From an uncultured bacterium (GTDB lineage: Bacteria; Hydrogenedentota; Hydrogenedentia; Hydrogenedentales; JAEUWI01): 13,220 bases of DNA. Where the stretch lies: the NCBI GenBank assembly GCA_963977445.1, contig CAXBPH010000198.1, forward strand, positions 1 through 13,220. Direction: 5' to 3'. Below the pieces are notes generated by a model. The model made no database searches, had not been told where the DNA came from, and worked only from the letters and a program-made list of their open reading frames with translations. How positions within the stretch are numbered: the stretch's first letter is position 1; each line of letters begins with the position of its first letter. A program made the translations under genes and the position numbers. Shown one piece after another: positions 7,440-13,220 of this stretch.

Positions 7440-9521
7440 ATGACTAGGAAGAGCCAGTTCAGGTGGAGAAGCCAGATGGGGGTGAGCGTGCTGCTGATGT
7501 TCTTGATAGCATCGGCTATGTTTTCCGGTTGCCCCGTAGTTACAACGCCCGATCCAAACCCGGATCCTGATCCTACACCGACGCGGGTGGTGGTTGAGCC
7601 TGTCTCTACGTCTCCCGGATTGAACGTCGTAATAAATTCGGTGAGGATTCCAGGTGATCGACGTCCGCTGGTTTCTCTGGAGCTTCGGGACGACGCGGGT
7701 GAATTGATTCCCCTTCGTGAGCTGGGGGACGCACGCTTCATTCTCGCTTACCTCGATCCCGCACCACCGGAAGGCAGTACGGCCCGATTTGTGAGTTACA
7801 ACACGCAGACGGAGACGGCTGATGGTCGTAGCGCGCTGCAGGCAACGTACGACGGGGGACGGCTGGATGGTATGACGCAGGAGGACGACGGGACCGTAAC
7901 GTATCGTTTCACGACGGCGATTCCCGAAGGCTATCCTACGGCTGCAACCCATCAGCTTGGGGGACAGCTTGAACGTCTTTTTCCCATCGATGGTGTAGAG
8001 TATCTTGCCAATCCTGTATTTTCATTCCGGCCCGATGGTAGTGGAACACTTTTATCCCGGGAATTGGTAGAAACCGCTTCCTGCAATGTCTGTCACACCC
8101 GCCTCCAGGTCCATGGGGCACGCCGGGAAGTCCAGCTGTGTATCCTGTGCCACAATGCTGGATCAACGGATGCAAATTCTGGTAATTCAGTTGATTTCGC
8201 CCAGATGATTCACAAGATCCACCGGGGGGCCGATTTACCCAGCGTGTTGGACGGTGAGGCCTATCAGATTGTAGGATTCCGGAATTCAGTCCATGATTAT
8301 TCCGGCGTCCACTTTCCACAGCCCGTTCAGAATTGTGATTCCTGTCACTCCGGGGCATCCATGGCGGAGACCTACATGACTGCGCCGACCATCGCTGGTT
8401 GCGCCTCGTGTCACGATAGGACGTGGTTTGGTGATCCCTTTGCTGCACCCGCTGGTTTTGAAAACCACATTGCGGGTCAGCAGGTTGATGACAAGCTCTG
8501 CGCCCTGTGCCATACCCCGACGGCCCCTGGCCCTGCGCCCATCTTTGAAGCGCACCGGCTTGCTACCGAGAGTCCGTTGGCTCCGGGCCTGATGTTGACG
8601 GTAAACGAGGTGAACACGGCCAATACCGAAACGGGTGCCGCGGTGACCATAAACTTCACGGCAGCCAACAAGGATGGCGTTCCCTATGCGGACCTCAGTG
8701 ACCTGTCTACCGTTGCTGCGACCCTGGCCTACCCGGTCAGGGACTATGAGCAGGCCAACCGTGAATCCATCAACGGGGCCAACGCTACTGCCAGAGAAAA
8801 TGGTAGCTTCGATTACACCTTCAACACGGAAGTGCCTTTAGACAGTGAGGAGACCTTCGCGGTCGCAATGGACGGACGATTGAACTTTGCCTTCGGCGAC
8901 AAGACGCTTACCCAAGGTACGTCCAGTAACGGACGCATGATATTCACCGTCGACGGCAGTGTTCCCGTAGAGCGCCGCAAGATTATCGACGATGCCAAGT
9001 GCAATGCGTGTCACAGTGAAGTTCGCCTCCACGGAAACCTTCGGGTTGGTGTAGACAGCTGTGTTATGTGTCACAACCCCAGTGCCACGGATGTAAATCG
9101 TCGTCCGGAAGATCAGGGAAATCCTGAAAGTATCAATTTCAAGGATATGATTCACCAGATCCACCGTGGCTCGGCGCTGGAAACTCCGTTTTCCGTGTAC
9201 GGATTCGGTAGCACGGAACACGACTTCACTGAGATTGAATTTCCCGGTGACCTGCGGAACTGTGAGATCTGCCACGTGGATGGGTCCTTTGATATACCCC
9301 TCTCCATGGACGCCCTCTCTACGGTTGTCGCCGATGGAGAGACGGTCCTGCTCGAAAAACTACCCGTGCGGGCCTCCTGCACCTCGTGTCACGACAGTCT
9401 GATTACGGAAGTGCACGCCGTCGTGAACAGTGATTCCGGTGCTCGTGTTGAATCCTGCGCAGTCTGTCACGACAGCAGTTCGGACTTCGCTATCATCGAC
9501 GTCCACAATATGGGGCCGTGA
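7440..9521 (+). CDS. OmcA/MtrC-family decaheme c-type cytochrome, outer-surface lipoprotein, 693 aa
   Basis: Lipobox ...ASAMFSG-C; Pro/Asp tether; two heme-free beta domains each followed by a pentaheme cluster (5+5 CxxCH); family motifs R-x-(V/I)-x4-CNxCH..L..HG..R, MIH(K/Q)IHRG and FP...NCxxCH. Confidence 0.93.
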   Translation: MTRKSQFRWRSQMGVSVLLMFLIASAMFSGCPVVTTPDPNPDPDPTPTRVVVEPVSTSPGLNVVINSVRIPGDRRPLVSLELRDDAGELIPLRELGDARFILAYLDPAPPEGSTARFVSYNTQTETADGRSALQATYDGGRLDGMTQEDDGTVTYRFTTAIPEGYPTAATHQLGGQLERLFPIDGVEYLANPVFSFRPDGSGTLLSRELVETASCNVCHTRLQVHGARREVQLCILCHNAGSTDANSGNSVDFAQMIHKIHRGADLPSVLDGEAYQIVGFRNSVHDYSGVHFPQPVQNCDSCHSGASMAETYMTAPTIAGCASCHDRTWFGDPFAAPAGFENHIAGQQVDDKLCALCHTPTAPGPAPIFEAHRLATESPLAPGLMLTVNEVNTANTETGAAVTINFTAANKDGVPYADLSDLSTVAATLAYPVRDYEQANRESINGANATARENGSFDYTFNTEVPLDSEETFAVAMDGRLNFAFGDKTLTQGTSSNGRMIFTVDGSVPVERRKIIDDAKCNACHSEVRLHGNLRVGVDSCVMCHNPSATDVNRRPEDQGNPESINFKDMIHQIHRGSALETPFSVYGFGSTEHDFTEIEFPGDLRNCEICHVDGSFDIPLSMDALSTVVADGETVLLEKLPVRASCTSCHDSLITEVHAVVNSDSGARVESCAVCHDSSSDFAIIDVHNMGP

Positions 9522-9572
9522 TTTTTAGGCGACCTTACTGAAACGACAATCTGTAACAGTTGAACTAGCGAC

Positions 9573-9598
9573 GGGGAAGGTGAGGTGTCACCTTCCCC
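9573..9598 (+). terminator. Intercistronic stem-loop (partial terminator or mRNA stabiliser)
   Basis: GGGGAAGGTGA-GGTG-TCACCTTCCCC, a perfect 11-bp stem; only a weak U-tract follows. Confidence 0.55.
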
Positions 9599-9640
9599 TG
9601 ATTATGATGTAGATAAACAAACCGGGTAGGAGTCAGATTC

Positions 9641-11071
9641 GTGGTGAAAGAGGAACGTGGTTGGAGAGGTGCCTTGGGCCAACTTATCTGGCGCAATTGG
9701 CTGACACTTTTTGGCAGTAGCCTGACGACCGTGAGTGCTGGAGCGATCATCGTTTTTCTGGCCCTGGAATTTTCTGGTGTTCCCCTTTCGCCCTATATCG
9801 GTATCCTCAGCTATCTTCTGCTGCCAGCGGTGTTTATTCTCGGCTTATTGTTTATTCCGCTGGGCGCCTACCTGGATCGCCGCCATCGACGGCGGAACAA
9901 CATTACCGAAACGCCCCATATTAAACTCGATTTCAACAGCCCACGGATGCAGAAGCTGGCGGTAATCGTAGGGTTTCTGACCCTCTTCAACCTCATCATC
10001 GTTTCCATCGCCAGCTACGAAGGCGCGGTCTATATGGAGTCCGTCGCGTTCTGTGGTCAGACCTGTCACACCGTCATGGAGCCGGAGTTCATGGCCCACA
10101 TGGACTCACCCCACGCCATGGTGAAATGTGTGGACTGTCACATCGGACCCGGAATTCCGGCGCTGGTCCACGCGAAGCTGAATGGCCTGAATCAGGTTTA
10201 CGGCGTATTGACCGGGAGCTATGAACGGCCCATCCCGGCGCCGGTTCACAATCTGGCCGATGCCAATCTCACCTGCGGTGAATGCCATAACGGAAATAAA
10301 GACTTGGGTGATATTCTCAAGGTAACGACGGACTATGGTCTTGATGATGAGAATACGCCCCTTACCTCGGTGCTTCTCATGCACGTCGGTGGGGATGGGG
10401 ATGGTATTCACGGTTGGCATCTTGATCCTGACCGGGAAATTACGTATTACGCGCCCGACGACGACCGCAGTGTGGTCAGTTATGTGAACGTGAAAAATCC
10501 GGACGGTACTACGGTGGAATACTTTGCCGATGGCGCAGAGATTTCGCCAGCGACTTTGAAGCCCGACGCACTGCGCCGTATGGATTGCACCGACTGTCAC
10601 AATCGCGCTACCCACCAGTTTTCCATGCCTGGGCCCGCGCTGAATGCCGCCCTCGACGACGGACGACTCGACGTAGGGCTGCCTGCGATCAAACAGGCGG
10701 GACTGGATGCCCTGGAGCACGCGGTTGATTCGGAGGATGGGCTCCGTCTTATTTCGGATGAAATTACGGCGTTCTATACCGAAAATCATAGTGAGGTGGT
10801 CGCGGAAAAAGCAGCATCAGTTGACGCAGCCATCGCCACAATTCAGGCCATTTACCGTCGCAATATTTTTCCAAAAATGAGTATTGGCTGGGGTACTTAC
10901 CCAGACCACAATGGACACACGCAGTTCGACGGTTGCTTTCGTTGTCACGATGACGGCCACAGCAGTCGGGATGGTGAACATGTAATCAGCCAGGACTGCA
11001 CCATGTGCCACAATGTGGTGGCCTGGCAGGAAGAAAATCCCGATATCCTGGCTACGCTTGGCGTCCAATAG
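9641..11071 (+). CDS. Inner-membrane multiheme cytochrome c with NapC/NirT domain, ImcH-like putative quinol dehydrogenase, 476 aa
   Basis: AGGAG RBS before GTG 9641; three N-terminal TM helices; FCGQTCHTVMEPE and SPHAxVxCVDCHIGPG NapC/NirT motifs; six heme motifs (CGQTCH, CVDCH, CGECH, CTDCH, CFRCH, CTMCH). The architecture matches Geobacter ImcH as I recall it. Confidence 0.88.
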   Translation: MVKEERGWRGALGQLIWRNWLTLFGSSLTTVSAGAIIVFLALEFSGVPLSPYIGILSYLLLPAVFILGLLFIPLGAYLDRRHRRRNNITETPHIKLDFNSPRMQKLAVIVGFLTLFNLIIVSIASYEGAVYMESVAFCGQTCHTVMEPEFMAHMDSPHAMVKCVDCHIGPGIPALVHAKLNGLNQVYGVLTGSYERPIPAPVHNLADANLTCGECHNGNKDLGDILKVTTDYGLDDENTPLTSVLLMHVGGDGDGIHGWHLDPDREITYYAPDDDRSVVSYVNVKNPDGTTVEYFADGAEISPATLKPDALRRMDCTDCHNRATHQFSMPGPALNAALDDGRLDVGLPAIKQAGLDALEHAVDSEDGLRLISDEITAFYTENHSEVVAEKAASVDAAIATIQAIYRRNIFPKMSIGWGTYPDHNGHTQFDGCFRCHDDGHSSRDGEHVISQDCTMCHNVVAWQEENPDILATLGVQ

Positions 11072-11151
11072 GGAAATACGCCATGGCTGTCTATTTAGCC
11101 GAGGCTGCACGATTTCTTACCGGGCGCAGCGATGATGAGAAAGGGGAGGTC

Positions 11152-11787
11152 ATGAAGATTTCTGAGACCGTAATTTTAGTCGGTGCCACACTCTCGCTCA
11201 TAGGGTGTGTTACGCCACAGGCGCGGTATGAAACGATTCACGAGGCGGCAACAGAAGGGAAGGCCCGCGATGTAGCCGCTCTGGTTGATGGCGGGGTTTC
11301 CGTCAATGAGCGGGGTGAGTATGGCATGACGGCCCTGCATTGCGCCGCTGCGTGGGGTAGCGAAGACATTATGGGCTATCTGATTCGTCGTGGTGCGGAC
11401 ATCAACGCGGAGAATGATTGGGGGTTGACGCCCTTGCATATTGCTGCGGCCCGTTGCCATGACCAGGATGTGATTTTCCTGCTCGATAATGGGGCGGATG
11501 TAAACGCGCTTACCCATGCCCATTGGACAGCCCTTCACTATGCGGCTTCCCGTGGGAATCGCCTGGTCGCAGAATCGCTCATCCAGCGGGGCGCGGCGTT
11601 GGACGTGCAGACCCAGACGGGGGATACGGCCCTCCATCGCGCTGCCCGCAATGCCAGTGAGGATGTGGTCAAGGTATTGCTGGCGGCGGGAGCCGACGTG
11701 AAGATCCGTAACGAGGCGGGTGAAACACCGAAAGAAAGTGCGCTTCGGGAGGGGCAGACTGCCATTGCTTCTCTGTTTCCTGGTTGA
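11152..11787 (+). CDS. Ankyrin-repeat lipoprotein, 211 aa
   Basis: GGGGAGGT RBS before ATG 11152; lipobox LSLIG-C; five ~33-aa repeats GxTALHxAA..G....V..LL..GADVN plus a capping repeat. Confidence 0.92.
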   Translation: MKISETVILVGATLSLIGCVTPQARYETIHEAATEGKARDVAALVDGGVSVNERGEYGMTALHCAAAWGSEDIMGYLIRRGADINAENDWGLTPLHIAAARCHDQDVIFLLDNGADVNALTHAHWTALHYAASRGNRLVAESLIQRGAALDVQTQTGDTALHRAARNASEDVVKVLLAAGADVKIRNEAGETPKESALREGQTAIASLFPG

Positions 11788-11968
11788 CGATTCTTGGTAT
11801 CCCTGTTTTCTGAGGGAAGATCCGCACTTGCATCCACAACCTTCGGCGGCGGAGACGCATTGCTTGAGGGTTATACCCCGGGCGGCGTTGATTTTAGAAT
11901 GGTGAGTTTAGAATGGCGATGGCGATGGTTGACGGCACGGTGCACCGTGGGCCAAGGGCGCGCCTCTA

Positions 11969-12829
11969 TCAGTTCAGGTCGAGGGCCAACATGCGCCGGG
12001 CTTCTTCGTTTCGATAGCGGTGGCGCAGGATTTCGTAGAGCGTGCCATAGACCATCGCGGCAACGCCGCCCATTGTCACCAGGGGAAGCCACAGGTCCCG
12101 CACTGCCCCCAGAGCGATGAATGCCACGCCTGCCGCCACGGCAATAGCTCCCAAGATGGCGATGGCGAGGGTGCCCGCTAATACCACGCGTTTCCCCTGG
12201 CTCTTCGATGACAGTTTCGCGCTGATTGCGCCCCACAGGCCGCAGGAGATTCCGAATGTCAGATAGGCGACGCGGGACGATGCTGGGGCGCCTGAGGGCC
12301 CCTGGGAGGTCAGGCTCATGTTGCTCAAGGTCACGGTGCCGGGCCCTTCGAAGCGGACCCCAAGGCGGGCGGCCTCCAGGGGCTGGCCCGACTGGAGGAA
12401 GAAGGGTGTTGAAACGTCACGTCCTGGTGTGGTGCCTGTGAAGGGGGTATTTAAGGCTCGGGAAAAATAGGCCATACCGTCAATTACGGCATACATCTCC
12501 AGGTAGGCGGGCCCCGTCACCGGAGCGCTCGTCGGCGTCGCGCTGGACATGGTCGCATTGAAGGCGAGCCGGGCGTCCTCCGCACCAATTTGTCCACCGG
12601 TCACCATCACGCGGAGGGACCGATGAAAGGGATCTTCCGTGGCTGCCCCATCCGCCGCCTGGATGCGTGCAATGAGACGATCGAGACGGCTGCGCAGGGT
12701 GGGGTAGGACACGCCGTATTCGCTGGCCAAGGCCTTCAAGGATCCCGATGCCAGGACAAAGCGGCGAATGAAATGGATGTCTTCTTGTTCCAGGGCCTGA
12801 AGCCATGGTGGTAGCCTCCGATCGTCCAC
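11969..12829 (-). CDS. DUF2089-like HTH domain fused to a partial beta-sandwich and a 3-TM C-terminal region, 286 aa
   Basis: AGGAG RBS before GTG 12829; N-terminal WLQALEQEDIHFIRRFVLASGSLKALASEYGVSYPTLRSRLDRLI is the DUF2089 signature; then AYLEM...YFSR...TPFFL...EGPGTV and three hydrophobic segments. Confidence 0.8.
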   Translation of the reverse strand: MDDRRLPPWLQALEQEDIHFIRRFVLASGSLKALASEYGVSYPTLRSRLDRLIARIQAADGAATEDPFHRSLRVMVTGGQIGAEDARLAFNATMSSATPTSAPVTGPAYLEMYAVIDGMAYFSRALNTPFTGTTPGRDVSTPFFLQSGQPLEAARLGVRFEGPGTVTLSNMSLTSQGPSGAPASSRVAYLTFGISCGLWGAISAKLSSKSQGKRVVLAGTLAIAILGAIAVAAGVAFIALGAVRDLWLPLVTMGGVAAMVYGTLYEILRHRYRNEEARRMLALDLN

Positions 12830-12869
12830 GGGTACTCCTGTGTGTTTAACTTAGTTAATGTCTGGTTGA

Positions 12870-12898
12870 GTTATATTCAAATTAGCTTCCGCTGTCAA
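12870..12898 (-). promoter_or_regulatory. Near-consensus sigma70 promoter of the DUF2089 gene
   Basis: On the - strand: TTGACA (12898-12893), 17-bp spacer, TATAAC (12875-12870), in an AT-rich tract. Confidence 0.75.
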
Positions 12899-12980
12899 TA
12901 TAATTAAAGCGGAGTTGACTAAAGTTAAATAATGTGTTTTGTTGGGGGCGTGGGTCGGCGGTAGGAACTTGGGTGTTCCT

Positions 12981-13015
12981 CACGGGCAAGTCTTGCAGAC
13001 TTGTCCGTGCCACCC
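12981..13015 (-). repeat. REP-like palindrome (GTGG-led)
   Basis: CACGGGCAAGTCT-TGC-AGACTTGTCCGTG (13-bp stem with one G-T pair) followed by CCACCC, i.e. GGGTGG directly 5' of the hairpin on the - strand. Confidence 0.55.
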
Positions 13016-13100
13016 TTGCATTCGGTTCTATTGTCTGATGGCGGCGTGGGTGGTGTACGAGGGTTCCGACACACGAACCGCTATTGTCGGTTCGGGCCTC

Positions 13101-13155
13101 GTTGCTCTCCGAACCGGTTGTGGGTATGATGCAGAACGAAGGAGAACTCTTATGT
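13101..13155 (+). promoter_or_regulatory. Copy 2 of the promoter-RBS-ATG cassette, opening only MFTRIKS*
   Basis: 43/55 identical to 708-762 without gaps; TTGCTC-N17-TATGAT, AAGGAG and ATG 13152 at identical spacing. Confidence 0.7.
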
Positions 13156-13174
13156 TTACGCGTATTAAATCATA

Positions 13175-13220
13175 GTTAATCCACCGGCTCTGCCGGTGAG
13201 AATTCATCAGGCTCTGCCGT
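13175..13220. mobile_element. Possible end of an IS200/IS605-type element or REP (runs off the window)
   Basis: Hairpin CACCGGC-TCT-GCCGGTG (13182-13198) and a second GGCTCTGCCG at 13210-13219. No transposase is visible in the window. Confidence 0.3.

Noticed and set aside
7546..7582. CCGGATCC-like tandem repeats
   Set aside because: Explained by the PDPNPDPDPTPT lipoprotein tether coding sequence.
11005..11151. Longer start for the ankyrin ORF
   Set aside because: It overlaps the upstream gene; the strong RBS and lipoprotein signal begin at 11152.
7236..11837. - strand ORFs (7236-7952, 7936-8448, 10106-10789, 11176-11637 and others)
   Set aside because: They are antisense to the decaheme, ImcH-like and ankyrin genes and have no independent evidence.
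11890..11950. Short repeats (TTTAGAATGG x2, GGCGAT x2) and the 14-bp palindrome CACGGTGCACCGTG
   Set aside because: Too short and irregular for a CRISPR array or a confident terminator; possibly a decayed REP.

Overview
GC-rich bacterial window (style suggests a Hydrogenedentes/PVC-like diderm; this is inference only). It is dominated by a divergently transcribed multiheme-cytochrome locus (2275-11787) that appears to encode a complete quinone-pool-to-cell-surface electron conduit. Left arm (- strand): a probable lipoprotein cytochrome (8 CxxCH plus one CX5CH), an outer-membrane beta-barrel, a 14-heme periplasmic cytochrome and a tetraheme c554-type cytochrome, ending at an intrinsic terminator. 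Right arm (+ strand): an OmcA/MtrC-family decaheme lipoprotein, an ImcH-like NapC/NirT-domain inner-membrane cytochrome (6 heme motifs) and an ankyrin lipoprotein. The locus carries 42-43 heme motifs with no canonical mtrA/mtrB pair. Both arms have a sigma54-type -24/-12 promoter, with a TGT-N10-ACA palindrome between them. Flanks: a frameshifted Asp-box protein, a REP-doublet-like 29-bp inverted repeat, a secreted beta-propeller hydrolase-like gene, an apparent DUF2089/membrane-protein fusion, a duplicated promoter-RBS-ATG cassette at both ends of the window, and a possible IS200/REP-type hairpin at the right edge.
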